A DNA stretch of 64,000 nucleotides from Candidatus Bathyarchaeia archaeon. Lineage in GTDB: Archaea > Thermoproteota > Bathyarchaeia > Bathyarchaeales > Bathycorpusculaceae. The notes under the pieces were generated by a model. That model saw nothing but the letters and a program-made list of their open reading frames with translations, had not been told where the DNA came from and did no database searches. The stretch spans positions 160,001 through 224,000 of the forward strand of contig JAVYWL010000002.1 of the NCBI GenBank assembly GCA_038727135.1, written 5' to 3'. Below are positions 8,829-19,397 of this stretch, one piece after another; the first letter of the stretch is position 1, and every line of letters starts with the position of its first letter. Position numbers and translations under genes: made by a program.

Positions 8829-9596
8829 TTACCAGTAGTTTTTAGGCTTTCGAAATAGCAGGTAGGCTGTGGTGGCAAAAAAGATAACGGTTGTTACGCC
8901 CAAAACAGCGACTGTTGCTCTTGTATTATCAAGTTCAGTTTTCACTTTGCTGAGGCTTTCATATTGATTTTTAAGCTGCCAATAGGTTTGATTAAGATTC
9001 ATCAATTCGTCTATTGTAAGGTTCTTGCCAAAGCACATTTGAAAGGTCTGATTAAGCTGATTGAGAACGCCGAGAAGACTTGCGAGCCGCTCTTCTATTG
9101 CTTTTACGTAAATGTTTTGCACACGTGTCATGGTGAAACCAAGCTTATCTTGAAAAAAGTATGAATGCTCCAATCCAAGTTCATCTTTAACTGTAGCGTT
9201 ATAGACTAAGTCGATTTCTCCATAAATCACACCGCAGACATTTTCTGGTACATAAATTTGATGTTGACAAACGTACTGTTCAGCTTTATTAAGTTCAAAG
9301 CCGCTAGTTATGTTGCTGTAAATTTTGATTTTTTCTGTTCCATTTATAAAACCGTATATGGCAAAATTCATGGTTTTAACATAAACCCTCGTGACCTCGG
9401 AAGTCAAACTAAGAATAGCCGATATTAGGTCGGTGGGATTAGCCTCTGATGTTGCGTTAACCTGTACTTTCATGCCGGGAATATTAATATCGAGAAATGT
9501 TTCCATATTTATTTGATTTTGCGCTTTAACATTGCCCATGCAGATAAACAGAAGAAGCGAGCATGTTAATAATACTGTTGCTGCCTTTCCGCTCAT
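8829..9596 (-). CDS. Secreted protein with C-terminal membrane anchor
   Basis: Signal peptide, several N-x-S/T sequons, coiled coil, C-terminal TM plus basic tail. Confidence 0.75.
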   Translation of the reverse strand: MSGKAATVLLTCSLLLFICMGNVKAQNQINMETFLDINIPGMKVQVNATSEANPTDLISAILSLTSEVTRVYVKTMNFAIYGFINGTEKIKIYSNITSGFELNKAEQYVCQHQIYVPENVCGVIYGEIDLVYNATVKDELGLEHSYFFQDKLGFTMTRVQNIYVKAIEERLASLLGVLNQLNQTFQMCFGKNLTIDELMNLNQTYWQLKNQYESLSKVKTELDNTRATVAVLGVTTVIFFATTAYLLFRKPKNYW

Positions 9597-9716
9597 GTCA
9601 TTCTCACCGAATAATCCGCCTTAAACTCGATAGGTTATTTAACAATTTTAAATTCATCTTTTGTTATTTGCAGCTTTTAAATGGAACTTTTTTAAAAAAT
9701 CATGCTTATTTTCTAG

Positions 9717-9983
9717 CTATTTTATTGAGCGGATGAAGCGTTGGTACATGTATATGAAGTAGATAAGGGCGAAAAATGTTAGGATTATTTCGAAGGTGAG
9801 GATTGCCGGGTTGTTTTCAACGGCCATGAAGTAGCCGTGTTGAAGTATATCCATGAACACTAGAATTTGGAGGAATATGGCTCCTCCTAGGCAGCTTAAG
9901 CCTAGGCTGTGGATGAGTATTAGTATGCGTCGATGGATTTTCGCTGCGGCTTTCATGGCATTATCGCATGTATTAAGATTCAA
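9717..9983 (-). CDS. Small two-TM membrane protein
   Basis: Two hydrophobic helices; real start is probably the Met at ~9956. Confidence 0.65.
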   Translation of the reverse strand: MNLNTCDNAMKAAAKIHRRILILIHSLGLSCLGGAIFLQILVFMDILQHGYFMAVENNPAILTFEIILTFFALIYFIYMYQRFIRSIK

Positions 9984-10099
9984 CTTGAAAACTTATAGGT
10001 TATGAACCCTAAAACACTACAAAGCCTTATGATTAAACCTTTGAACCAGAAATATAGAAGGACTATACTGTTTGCTATTGAGTGCGCTGTAAATTCGGT

Positions 10100-11455
10100 T
10101 TAGAGTTGGTATTCTTTTCCTATCTCGGCGAGTGAAACTTTGCTTTTTGAGTCTTGCATGAACCTGGCGAAGAGTTCGGCGTTTTCTGTGTGCACCGGGA
10201 AAATTGTTTTTGCTCCGATCTCTTCAAGGATGGCCTTTAACTGTAGTGGCATTATGTGCCCTGAAACATGGACGTGGTATTGGGGTAGTCCATAGTGCCT
10301 AAGCCAGTTTACAAGCTTCTCATAGTCTATTTCCATTTCCTCGTTGAAGGGCTCTGAGGATGAGGATATGTAGCAGCTTCCGGGCTGCGGTTTTATTTCA
10401 ACAAGCTGTTCTAAATCATAAAAGGACATTGTCAAGATTATTTTGCGCTGCTGCTTCGAGACTTGTTCGCAGTCCACCACCTTGTCTTGGTACTGTTCTA
10501 ATAGTTGTTTTTCCCAGCTGCGCATCCTTTCCTTGCCTTCTGCAGATTTTTTCGATTTTCGAAAGATCAAAATGTTTTCGTCTTCTAGGCTGGGAATGTT
10601 TAGCCTCTTGTCGCTGCGGAGGGCGTCCATCAAGTAGGCTTGCCTTAGTGAAACGGTGAGGCAGCGTCTGTTTTTCTTGGCTACTCGATGGAAGGAGTTC
10701 AGCCTATCAACATCTGTGGAGGCAAATTCTGCAAGCACGATGCCGTCTGTCTGCTCCACAATCTGGTTAAGTTTTCTTTCAACTTCGCCTTCTGAAGAAA
10801 CGGTTGCCCCAGTCATGTTAGTGGCTTCGGTAATAATGGCTACTGGCTCCGCCCTTTTCGCCTCTTCAACAAAATCGCGGGTCATCTCGGGCTTTGCCCC
10901 ATGGACACGAAAATCTCCAGTATAAATGACGGCGCCGCTGGACGTGTGAATTATGAAGCCGTACGCCCCGGGAACCGAGTGGTCCACATGTATTGGCTCA
11001 ACTTGCAAGCCACCCACATTGACAGCTTTGCCTGTTCTGAAATCCTTAAAGTCTATGCCCTCCACGTTGAATTCCAGGTCTGTTTTTCGGATTTCTCCGA
11101 AGGTCTGTAGGATAATTCTTGTTGTTTCGCCGCAGTAAACTGGGATTTCCCTTTTAATGAAGGACAGATAGGCCGAATGGTCCATGTGCCCATGAGAGAT
11201 GAAAATTGCGTTAACTTCTGTTGGCTTATCGTCGAACTTGTAGACGCCGTCAATTTTTGGGAGTACGCCAAGCTCTTGCAGGCTTTTTTCGCTTTTCGGC
11301 GAAAGCAATGGTGGAGAGTAATACCGCCTTCTCAGGGCGAAGGACATGCCAAAATCAAAGAAGACTTTCACATCGCCATCTTTCAGCAGAATTTTGTTTC
11401 CACCTATCTCATTTACTCCGCCATAAAAGGTTAGGGTGGTTCTCCCTTTAACCAT
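10100..11455 (-). CDS. MBL-fold beta-CASP (RNase J-like) nuclease
   Basis: GGVNEIGGN, SHGHMDH, VDHS, YTGD, HVSGH, PVHTE. Confidence 0.88.
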   Translation of the reverse strand: MVKGRTTLTFYGGVNEIGGNKILLKDGDVKVFFDFGMSFALRRRYYSPPLLSPKSEKSLQELGVLPKIDGVYKFDDKPTEVNAIFISHGHMDHSAYLSFIKREIPVYCGETTRIILQTFGEIRKTDLEFNVEGIDFKDFRTGKAVNVGGLQVEPIHVDHSVPGAYGFIIHTSSGAVIYTGDFRVHGAKPEMTRDFVEEAKRAEPVAIITEATNMTGATVSSEGEVERKLNQIVEQTDGIVLAEFASTDVDRLNSFHRVAKKNRRCLTVSLRQAYLMDALRSDKRLNIPSLEDENILIFRKSKKSAEGKERMRSWEKQLLEQYQDKVVDCEQVSKQQRKIILTMSFYDLEQLVEIKPQPGSCYISSSSEPFNEEMEIDYEKLVNWLRHYGLPQYHVHVSGHIMPLQLKAILEEIGAKTIFPVHTENAELFARFMQDSKSKVSLAEIGKEYQL

Positions 11456-13166
11456 CTATTAACCTCAGCTCATCCGCTCTTTTACAAATATTTGATATCG
11501 CAAAAATTATGTGGGGAAACACAAAAACGCTGAAAACTTTCGTGTATTTCGCTTTTCCAGCATCCTTCACCGCTTTTACGTCTCCGCCAGCCTTTAAGTA
11601 GCCCTTAATAAAAGCTTTGGCTATAAGCTCTGCTAAATAAGAGCCCGCAAATAGTGGCATGTAATGTCCGGCATAATAAAGAAATTCGGCTATATCCCAT
11701 GCCTTGTCACCGCCTTTTGAGGCTTGCTCCAAATCTAGGAGGTAAATTTCGCCTTCTTTGCCCACCAAGATGTTTTCCGGTTTAGTGTCTCCCAAAGTCA
11801 CATTTAAAGCGTGGATACGGGCAAACGTCTCGCCAACCTTCCGCAATATTTTCAAACATTCCTCGTTAATCTCCCTTTCATTTTTCGCGTTTACGGCTTC
11901 CCTAATGATTTTTTCTAGACTTTTCCCCTCTATGTATTCCATAAAGACAAGCCTTTTATCATGATCTATAGCTAGGAGCTTTGGAACAGAAAAGCCTTTT
12001 TTATATAGGAATTGATTCGTGGCGCATTCCCTTTCAAGTCTTGTCTGCCCGAGAAGGGCGAAGGTTCTTGTTCCAAAAGCCCATATGTTTATTGGAAGCC
12101 ATTTTAAATTCGACCAGTCTTTAAAGGTTTTAACCGCAACCGTATGCTCTTGTCCGTCTGCTTGCACCTTGACTAGATATACTTCATTAAAAACGCCGCC
12201 AATCTCTTCAATGGTGACGCTCGCATCCTTGTTTACTGATAAAATCCTCTTTGCTGACTCCTCAATGCTTATTCCAGCGGCTAAAGGAGTTAACCCGTTG
12301 ACGGTTGGAACAAACAAGTATCTCTTTGAGTCTTCAATGTGATACGAGCCTTTCAACGTTTCCCAGTTAAAGTTTTTCAGTCTTTGAAGTAGGTCCTTGT
12401 TCTGCATTAAAGCCGTAAAGATTTTGGGGAAAGTCCCTAAAAGGGACATGAATAGAGTTTTCTGTGCAGTTTTTAGGATGTTTGTGAAACGAATTTTTCG
12501 GTTTTTTACAGTGTCGGCAAAATCTTTTGAAATTTTTACGTAGCCATTTGTGCGCATAACTACATTTTCTTTTTCCACAATTTCTAATGCTTGGAGGAAA
12601 CCTTCCATGGCTGTTTGCAAATTTTCCTTTTCATTATTTTCTCGTTGAAAGTCTGCCAGCATGTAACGGATTGGTGGGAAAAGCTTCGCTCTGCTGTGTA
12701 TTGCTTCGTACATAAAATATTCTGGTTTGATGTGGATTTCATAGCATAATTCTGGAAAGTCTATGACGAGGTTTTCCAAAGCCTCGAGTATAAGGCGCTT
12801 TTTTAGTTTAAGCTCTTCAGCCTTCAAATATTCACCATTCAATAGTGGCATGTATGGGAAAACAAGCTGGACGGCTAGGGCGTCGCCGAGGAAACCTCGC
12901 TCCACATCCTTTTCAAAAACCCATTTATCAACCGCATAAACGATTATCGCTTTGTCATGGAAGAATTTAACGTAATTCATTAACTTTGGCTGAAATCCGT
13001 CGATTATGAGCATAGCTTCTAATGTTGCCCTTTCTTCTAGAGTTTCAAGTGAGGCGCTGCCACATAGGCAAATGCTTGTGATTGGACGGGAGTTGGCAAC
13101 ACGTCTACAGAATGTTGTAATATGCTTTTCTATGTTTTCAGCTGGTTGTCTGCCGATTTGAGTCAA
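11448..13166 (-). CDS. Bud32/RIO-like protein kinase with N-terminal degenerate nucleotidyltransferase-like domain
   Basis: IGGVFNEVY, AVK, MEYIEG, GDTKPEN, LLDLE, WDIAEF; N-terminal ICLCGS lacks the acidic pair. Confidence 0.75.
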   Translation of the reverse strand: MTQIGRQPAENIEKHITTFCRRVANSRPITSICLCGSASLETLEERATLEAMLIIDGFQPKLMNYVKFFHDKAIIVYAVDKWVFEKDVERGFLGDALAVQLVFPYMPLLNGEYLKAEELKLKKRLILEALENLVIDFPELCYEIHIKPEYFMYEAIHSRAKLFPPIRYMLADFQRENNEKENLQTAMEGFLQALEIVEKENVVMRTNGYVKISKDFADTVKNRKIRFTNILKTAQKTLFMSLLGTFPKIFTALMQNKDLLQRLKNFNWETLKGSYHIEDSKRYLFVPTVNGLTPLAAGISIEESAKRILSVNKDASVTIEEIGGVFNEVYLVKVQADGQEHTVAVKTFKDWSNLKWLPINIWAFGTRTFALLGQTRLERECATNQFLYKKGFSVPKLLAIDHDKRLVFMEYIEGKSLEKIIREAVNAKNEREINEECLKILRKVGETFARIHALNVTLGDTKPENILVGKEGEIYLLDLEQASKGGDKAWDIAEFLYYAGHYMPLFAGSYLAELIAKAFIKGYLKAGGDVKAVKDAGKAKYTKVFSVFVFPHIIFAISNICKRADELRLIDG

Positions 13167-13343
13167 TTTTTCACCGCTGGCTCGTCAAATAGAATTATAG
13201 CTTGTGTGAAATATAATTTAAGGCCTATTTAAACGTCAATTTTGTTGTCGGTGACCAGCTGCAAAATTGATAGCCCCCTCTAGAATTTTGGCTGGCTAGG
13301 CATATCTGTACTTGAAAAATAGCCACAAATACAATGCCTCTCT

Positions 13344-14732
13344 CTAGTTTTTCTGAGCCTTGCCTAGTCTCTCAAGGATTTTACCATAAGTCCTTAGGAT
13401 TTTTAGAACTTTAACTCCCTTTTCTGGAAGGTTGTAGACGGGTATGTTGCTTTCGCCAATGACCCTATAAACAAGTTCGAAGTCTTCGCCTCCGGCTGCC
13501 ACGTCTACAACCGGCTTGTTAGGGTATTTGGCTGTAACTTCTGGAATGACTTTTGCGTCTTCCGGCTCAAAGAAGCATGACTTAAGCATGTTTATAACCA
13601 AAACTCCGTCGACGTTTTTGTCTGCTAAAACAAGTTCTAATACTTTCTCGTATCTTTCTGCTCTTGCGTCGGCTATCATGTCAATTGGATTAGTGGCGTC
13701 CACCCCCGGATAAAGGCTTTCAATCCTCCTTTTAATGTCATCTGAAAGTCTCGCAAGTTTTAGATTGTTTTTTGCAGCGGCGTCAGCTGCCAATATGGCT
13801 GGTCCGCCAACATTGCTTACTATGGCTATGTTGTCGCCGAACATTGGGGGCTGTTTTGACAGGGCTATGGCTGCATTCATAAGCTCTTCGGGGTCTTCAA
13901 CTCTTACTATTCCGGCTTTTTTGAAGGCGGCGTTGAAAATTTCGTCTGAGCCAGCCATTGAAGCCGTGTGGGACTTGGCTCTGTGGGCTGATTCTTGGGT
14001 TATTCCGCCTTTTAAGGCTAGAATCGGCTTTTTAACAACAATTTTTCTCGCTTCTTCTATGAATTTTCTGCCGTTTTTGATGCCTTCCATGTATAGGCAT
14101 ATAACCCTTGTTTCTTTGTCTTTGGCGAGATATTGTAGCAGGTCAATGTCATCCACATCTATTTTGTCTCCCATGAAGGCGAACTTGCTTATGCCGATCT
14201 TGTAGTGGCAAGCCCAGTCGAGGAGGCATGCGCCAACCCCACCGCTTTGGGAAATTACCGCTATGCTACCTCGTTTGGGCATAACGTCCTTCTCAAAAGT
14301 TGTGTTCAATCCATTAGCCGTGTTTATAACGCCCATAACGGTGTTTGGTCCCAAAATCCTAACGCCATACTCCTCCTTAAGCCCTAACAGCTTCTGTCGC
14401 TGCTCCTCCTTATACCCGCCAGTAATCATAATGAAGGCTTTAACGCCTGTTTCTGCGCATTTTTCCGCTTCAGCTATTGACTTTTCCGGCGGAAGCATAA
14501 TGACGGCGAGCTCTGGAACTTTTGGCAGCGCTTCTATATCTTGCCTCTTTTCTCTGTCGATATCTCTTATGTAGACTTCTCCTTTGAAAAACTTCTTCAT
14601 GTTGTGTATTACGCTTCTGAAAAGTTGAGGGGAACTTAAGCCCACCTTTTCCCGTAATTTACTGGAGCCTATTAGAATGACGCTTGATGGCTCGAAGATG
14701 GCGTCTACTCCGCTCATAAATTTAGCCTTCAA
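13344..14732 (-). CDS. ADP-forming acyl-CoA synthetase alpha subunit
   Basis: RILGPN, ISQSGG, SHTASMAG (phospho-His), NPIDM. Confidence 0.88.
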   Translation of the reverse strand: MKAKFMSGVDAIFEPSSVILIGSSKLREKVGLSSPQLFRSVIHNMKKFFKGEVYIRDIDREKRQDIEALPKVPELAVIMLPPEKSIAEAEKCAETGVKAFIMITGGYKEEQRQKLLGLKEEYGVRILGPNTVMGVINTANGLNTTFEKDVMPKRGSIAVISQSGGVGACLLDWACHYKIGISKFAFMGDKIDVDDIDLLQYLAKDKETRVICLYMEGIKNGRKFIEEARKIVVKKPILALKGGITQESAHRAKSHTASMAGSDEIFNAAFKKAGIVRVEDPEELMNAAIALSKQPPMFGDNIAIVSNVGGPAILAADAAAKNNLKLARLSDDIKRRIESLYPGVDATNPIDMIADARAERYEKVLELVLADKNVDGVLVINMLKSCFFEPEDAKVIPEVTAKYPNKPVVDVAAGGEDFELVYRVIGESNIPVYNLPEKGVKVLKILRTYGKILERLGKAQKN

Positions 14733-14801
14733 AGCAGCTTAATGATGGAAGGAAAGATAGTATGTGGTTCATATTCATAAATTTAACCATGTTAGCTATG
14801 G

Positions 14802-15575
14802 CTACTTTTGAGTTACCTTCATATACGCAAACATAGCGAGCGATGAGAAAATCAGCGAGTAAAGGGCTATGTCAATAATCATGTAGGGCGTAAAAGGTGG
14901 ATTCCTCAAAAGAAACGCCCTTGAGAGGTCTGCGCCGCAGCTTAGAGGGTTATAACGGGCTAACAGCGTCAACTGGGGAAGTGCCCGCTCTATAAGCCCA
15001 ATGGGATAGAAGACGGTGCTGCAGAAGAAAAGCAAGTAATAGACTACGCCTCTGGCTGTGATGTACTTCTCAAAGCTTGTTGTTGAAACGGCTAAAGCTA
15101 TGCTTAAGCCAGAAGTTCCCAAAGAAACCATAAACAAAGCCGCTAAAATTGTAAGAAACTCAAGCAATGTCGGAAAAACTCCTGTATAAAGGTATGTTAT
15201 GCCAAGCGTTGTGGCTAAAAGGGGCGCCATATAAATTACCCCTCTTAAACCTCCAGCTAAAACTCTTCCAACAGCTAGCTCCCACCGTTTTACGGGTAAG
15301 CTCAACATGTAATGAGAGATTTCGCGTCTAACCTCCATGTTTATCTCTCGACCGATCATGAAGGCTGCGGCAAAAAGCGCTGTAATCGTTAAGCCTGGGG
15401 CAAAGAAAACAAAGTAGTCTGTTATTACGTCCGGCTTAACCATTCTCGTGTAAACTATTGCCATTATGAAGAGGTCTGCGAGGTTCATGCTAACCATCCC
15501 GGCGACCCACCACTTGTAACGGAAGAAGTACTTGAAATCCCTCTCCACAATGGTTAGTATGGGTTTTATTGCCAA
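14802..15575 (-). CDS. ABC-2 type exporter permease
   Basis: Multi-TM; FFAPG, STVFYP, NPLS; TTG start at 15575 overlaps the upstream permease. Confidence 0.85.
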   Translation of the reverse strand: MAIKPILTIVERDFKYFFRYKWWVAGMVSMNLADLFIMAIVYTRMVKPDVITDYFVFFAPGLTITALFAAAFMIGREINMEVRREISHYMLSLPVKRWELAVGRVLAGGLRGVIYMAPLLATTLGITYLYTGVFPTLLEFLTILAALFMVSLGTSGLSIALAVSTTSFEKYITARGVVYYLLFFCSTVFYPIGLIERALPQLTLLARYNPLSCGADLSRAFLLRNPPFTPYMIIDIALYSLIFSSLAMFAYMKVTQK

Positions 15576-16351
15576 CCCCCACCCTCCAGTCTGCGTTCGT
15601 GCAGAACGATGCCTAGAAAAGTGAATATGGAGAAGAAGGCAACTATGCCGAAAGCCGCAAACAAGGGCGGGACAGAAGCAGCTGACTCTAGCCCGGCACC
15701 CCACCTGAAAAAGTCAGCGGCGAAAGTCAGCGGATTAACCAGAGCAATCCCTCTGTAGTATGGTGGCATATAAGCTGTTGGATAAAGCGTCGTGCTCAAC
15801 CTAACTATTAAGGCGTCAATGACGCCCATCAAAATGTCAAACCGGTCAGAAGACTTTATGCTAACAGCCAAGGTGATGCTGAAACCCGCAACGCCAAAAG
15901 CAAACAGAAAAAGGGATAGTAAAGCCACAAGAAGTTGGAAGGGGTTCGAAACTCCAATTAGGTATAGGATAAAAAGCATCATAGGTCCAACATATAAGAA
16001 GCTTCTTAAGCCACCTCCAATAGATCTTCCCAAAACAAGTTCTTTCCTTGAAACAGGAACGCTCAGCAAATATTCTATGACGCCGTGGTCTGCCTCTTCG
16101 TAAATGTCATAGCCTATGAAAACTGTTGTTGAATAAAGCATTGTTATAATTATCCCCGCGGCATAATAGTTGAAGTAGCTCCCTCCAACAGCGGCTTGGA
16201 CGTCAACTCGAAACATGTGGTTTACAACCAAACCAAAGAGGGCTATTTGTGAAACAAACCATATGGCGCGCATTATCAGCAGAAACTTGTAACGCAAAAA
16301 CATCTTTATGTCTCTTTCAGCAACAATCCAAACCTTTCGAAGGCTTATCAT
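15566..16351 (-). CDS. ABC-2 type exporter permease
   Basis: YLLSVPVSR, STTLYP, NPLT motifs. Confidence 0.87.
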   Translation of the reverse strand: MISLRKVWIVAERDIKMFLRYKFLLIMRAIWFVSQIALFGLVVNHMFRVDVQAAVGGSYFNYYAAGIIITMLYSTTVFIGYDIYEEADHGVIEYLLSVPVSRKELVLGRSIGGGLRSFLYVGPMMLFILYLIGVSNPFQLLVALLSLFLFAFGVAGFSITLAVSIKSSDRFDILMGVIDALIVRLSTTLYPTAYMPPYYRGIALVNPLTFAADFFRWGAGLESAASVPPLFAAFGIVAFFSIFTFLGIVLHERRLEGGGWQ

Positions 16352-17304
16352 TCCCTCTGAGCCTCTTCAATAGTTAAGCCAGTATAATGCGCGAAAACGT
16401 CGTCCAGCGAGGGCTCACTCATACGTATAGACCTAATCTGAACCTGCGTCTTCATAAAGAACTCGGTGATTTTAGGCAAGACCTCCTCTGCTTGGTTCAA
16501 GTAGATTTTCAAGTGATTCTGTTTTATAGCCAAAACATTGACAACTCTTGGAATCTCCTTTAATCTTTCAAGAACTTTGTCCGACACATCCCTCTCCAGG
16601 GTTATCTCTACAACGTCTCCGCCGGGTATGCTGTCCTTCAACTTTTTAGGCTCATCGCAGACAAGCAGTTTGCCCTTATGCATTATCGCCACCCTGTCCG
16701 AGAGCACGTCAGCCTCATAAAGCTCATTTGTCGCCAAAAGTATCGTGGAACCCTCGTCTCTAAGGTCCCGTAGCATGTTCCATATCCTATGCTTGCCCAC
16801 AACGTCTATTTGGGCGGTCGGTTCATCAACAATGGCAATTTTAGGTCTTTGGATTAAGATTTTGGCTATTTCCACACGTTTCCGCATGCCACCGGAAAAG
16901 GCATGCACGCTCTTGAAACGGTCGTTCCAAAGCTCAAGCTCCTCAAGAGCCCACCGCACCCTCTTCCTACGCTCGTCTGGTGGTAAGCCGCAAACTTTAG
17001 CGTGCCAGTTTAGTATGTCCCAAGGCGAGTCAACCCACAAAAGCTTAGGCTCTTGAAAAGCCATCCCCACGAGAGTTCTGGCCTTATCCGGCTCTTTAGT
17101 AACGTCGTAAGGTCCGATGTACGCTGTCCCCTCAGTTGGCTTAATAACAGTTGTAAGCATGAGCAAAGTTGTCGTCTTCCCAGCCCCATTAGGTCCGAGA
17201 ATCCCAAGGATTTCGCCCTCTTCTACCTCAAGGTTTAGATGGTCAACTGCCGTGAAATTGCCAAACTTTTTTGTGAGATTCACTATGCGGATTATCGGCG
17301 CCAT
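16348..17304 (-). CDS. ABC transporter ATP-binding protein (DrrA-like)
   Basis: GPNGAGKTT, FSGGM, IVDEPT, PSLDDVF. Confidence 0.93.
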   Translation of the reverse strand: MAPIIRIVNLTKKFGNFTAVDHLNLEVEEGEILGILGPNGAGKTTTLLMLTTVIKPTEGTAYIGPYDVTKEPDKARTLVGMAFQEPKLLWVDSPWDILNWHAKVCGLPPDERRKRVRWALEELELWNDRFKSVHAFSGGMRKRVEIAKILIQRPKIAIVDEPTAQIDVVGKHRIWNMLRDLRDEGSTILLATNELYEADVLSDRVAIMHKGKLLVCDEPKKLKDSIPGGDVVEITLERDVSDKVLERLKEIPRVVNVLAIKQNHLKIYLNQAEEVLPKITEFFMKTQVQIRSIRMSEPSLDDVFAHYTGLTIEEAQRE

Positions 17305-17347
17305 TTCCTATTCCTTGGTGAAATAAACACAGTTTGTTGGCTGTCAC

Positions 17348-18673
17348 TTAAAGATTACGTGACAGCAACTCAAAAGCATGTCTTTCGGCTTTTTCAACAA
17401 CCGTGTGCTCATCCAACGTTTTGACAATCCTATTTTCCATCAAGATTTTGCCGTCAACTATTACCGTGTCCACGTCGCTTCCCCTTGCAGAGTATACCAT
17501 GGCGGCGTAAATGTTGTGCAGAGGCTTTAGATGAGGCTTTCCCAAATCAACCAGAATTATGTCCGCTTTTTTCCCAACTTCCAATGAACCTATAATTCTT
17601 TCAAATCCTAAAGCTTTAGCCCCATTTATGGTCGCCATCTTTAAAACTTCATAAGCGGATAAAACTTCAGGCTTCTTGTAAATGAACTTTTGGAGTAGGG
17701 CCCCAAACTTCATGGTCTCAAACATGTCAAGGGAATTATTACTTGCCGGCCCATCGGTCCCCAGCGCAGTATTAACCCCTAACTCTATGAGTTCTTTGGC
17801 TTTTGCGGCGTTTAACCCAAGCTTCATGTTGGCCACCGGCACATAAACGGCGTTTACGTTGCTCCTCGCCAACATGTGCATATCCTTCTCGGTTAAGTTA
17901 ATGCAGTGGGCCGCTAGGACATGAACGCCAAAAAATCCAAGCCTTTCCAAGAATTCAACTTCGCCACAGCCATACTTTTCCTCATATTCCTTGAATAGTT
18001 CCGCCGACTCCGCCAAGTGAATATGAACGCCAACTCCGAGTTCTCGGGCTTTATCCCTAACTTCGGCAAGCAGTTCTGGGCTGCAACTGTAAGCCGCATG
18101 AGGCCCAAGCATTGTTTTCACTCTTCCATCTACATATCCATTAAAGGACTTGGCGAAGTTGACGCTCGCGTTTAGCATCTTCTCGCCTCGTGTCTTATCT
18201 CCAGCCTCAATGATGCCTTCAGCCAAAACAGCCCTTAAACCGCTTTCAGAAACCGCCCTAGCAACTGAGTCCTCATAGAAGTACATGTCTGCAAAGCATG
18301 TGGTCCCACTTTTCAGCATTTCCAAACAGCCCAAAAGGGCCCCAACATAAACATCGTCCCGCGTCAGCTTCGCCTCCAAAGGCCAAATAGTCTCCCGAAG
18401 CCACACATCCAAGGGCTTGTCTTCGGCCAACCCCCTAAAAAGAGTCATAGCCACATGAGTATGACAGTTAATCAGTCCGGGAAGCGCAACTTTACCCTTC
18501 GCGTTTAGCTTTTTATCCGCCGATATACCAACTGTCGAATCATATTTGCCAACAAAAATTATTTCCCCATTCTTTATGGCTATGGCACCATTCTCAACAG
18601 CGTCTACGCCGCCGTCCTTCATAGGTAAAACCGTGCATCCATAAATCAAGATGTCAGCCTTCACAAGCACCAC
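17348..18673 (-). CDS. Amidohydrolase, MTA/SAH/5'-deoxyadenosine deaminase family
   Basis: PGLINCHTH, PHAAY, HIHLAE, AAHC, LGTDG, GKKAD. Confidence 0.88.
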   Translation of the reverse strand: MVLVKADILIYGCTVLPMKDGGVDAVENGAIAIKNGEIIFVGKYDSTVGISADKKLNAKGKVALPGLINCHTHVAMTLFRGLAEDKPLDVWLRETIWPLEAKLTRDDVYVGALLGCLEMLKSGTTCFADMYFYEDSVARAVSESGLRAVLAEGIIEAGDKTRGEKMLNASVNFAKSFNGYVDGRVKTMLGPHAAYSCSPELLAEVRDKARELGVGVHIHLAESAELFKEYEEKYGCGEVEFLERLGFFGVHVLAAHCINLTEKDMHMLARSNVNAVYVPVANMKLGLNAAKAKELIELGVNTALGTDGPASNNSLDMFETMKFGALLQKFIYKKPEVLSAYEVLKMATINGAKALGFERIIGSLEVGKKADIILVDLGKPHLKPLHNIYAAMVYSARGSDVDTVIVDGKILMENRIVKTLDEHTVVEKAERHAFELLSRNL

Positions 18674-18767
18674 AAAAACTAGAAGAGTGTGTGAAAAATA
18701 AAAAGTGTGCTAGCTGGCTACTTGATTTTCCGGGCCTTCTCCCCTCCGCAAGCAAATTAGGCTAGTT

Positions 18768-19202
18768 TTAGAAGCTGAATCCGTGGTTATGCTTCTCTAC
18801 CCTCTTAACCAGAGAGTGCAAAGCCGGCTGCGCCAAATCTTCGCCTATAGCAGAGCCTTTTGGAACCCCGGTTGCGCCAATCTTCTTGCAAATGAAGTTA
18901 AGCGAATCCTCAGTGAAGTTCAGGAGGTTTTGTCCCTCAGCCGTAAGCTTGTAAACTTTTCTGGGGCGTTCGTTTGACATGTCCCACTCACTTTTGACAT
19001 AGCCGCTCTTTTCCAGGGCGTTCAAAAGTGGGTAAATTGTGCTTGGGCCGAAGTATACGCCGAAGTTTTTGCGGATTTTGGTTATTATCTGGTAGCCGTG
19101 CATGGGCTGAGAGCTTAGGAACTGAAGCACTATCAGGTCTAGGAGGCCCTTCATAAGTTTAACTTGGACCTCTTTTGAGCTGTTCACCACGGCTTTTCCC
19201 AT
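18768..19202 (-). CDS. PadR-family transcriptional regulator
   Basis: MHGYQI, STIYPLL..LE..G, RKVYKLT..G; probable start at ATG 19202. Confidence 0.9.
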   Translation of the reverse strand: MGKAVVNSSKEVQVKLMKGLLDLIVLQFLSSQPMHGYQIITKIRKNFGVYFGPSTIYPLLNALEKSGYVKSEWDMSNERPRKVYKLTAEGQNLLNFTEDSLNFICKKIGATGVPKGSAIGEDLAQPALHSLVKRVEKHNHGFSF

Positions 19203-19233
19203 CCTTTTCTGTATTTTTGTTAGACACGAATAC

Positions 19234-19257
19234 GATATGTCCACTTTTAGACATATC
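19234..19257. promoter_or_regulatory. Palindromic PadR-type operator GATATGTC-N8-GACATATC
   Basis: Perfect 8-bp inverted repeat between two divergent PadR genes; contains ATGT-N10-ACAT. Confidence 0.6.
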
Positions 19258-19315
19258 TCAAGACTCTATAAAGCATAAACAAAAATATAAAGGTTCACGC
19301 TTACCGAAAACATAA

Positions 19316-19344
19316 AAAAGCATAACAAAAGCATAACAAAAGCT
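19316..19344 (+). repeat. Tandem AAAAGCATAAC repeats
   Basis: About 2.5 copies of an 11-mer, with a related copy near 19269. Confidence 0.55.
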
Positions 19345-19397
19345 ATTCCAAAACATGCATAATCCATATAAACCCAACAAAGATAAGTCAAAAACAG

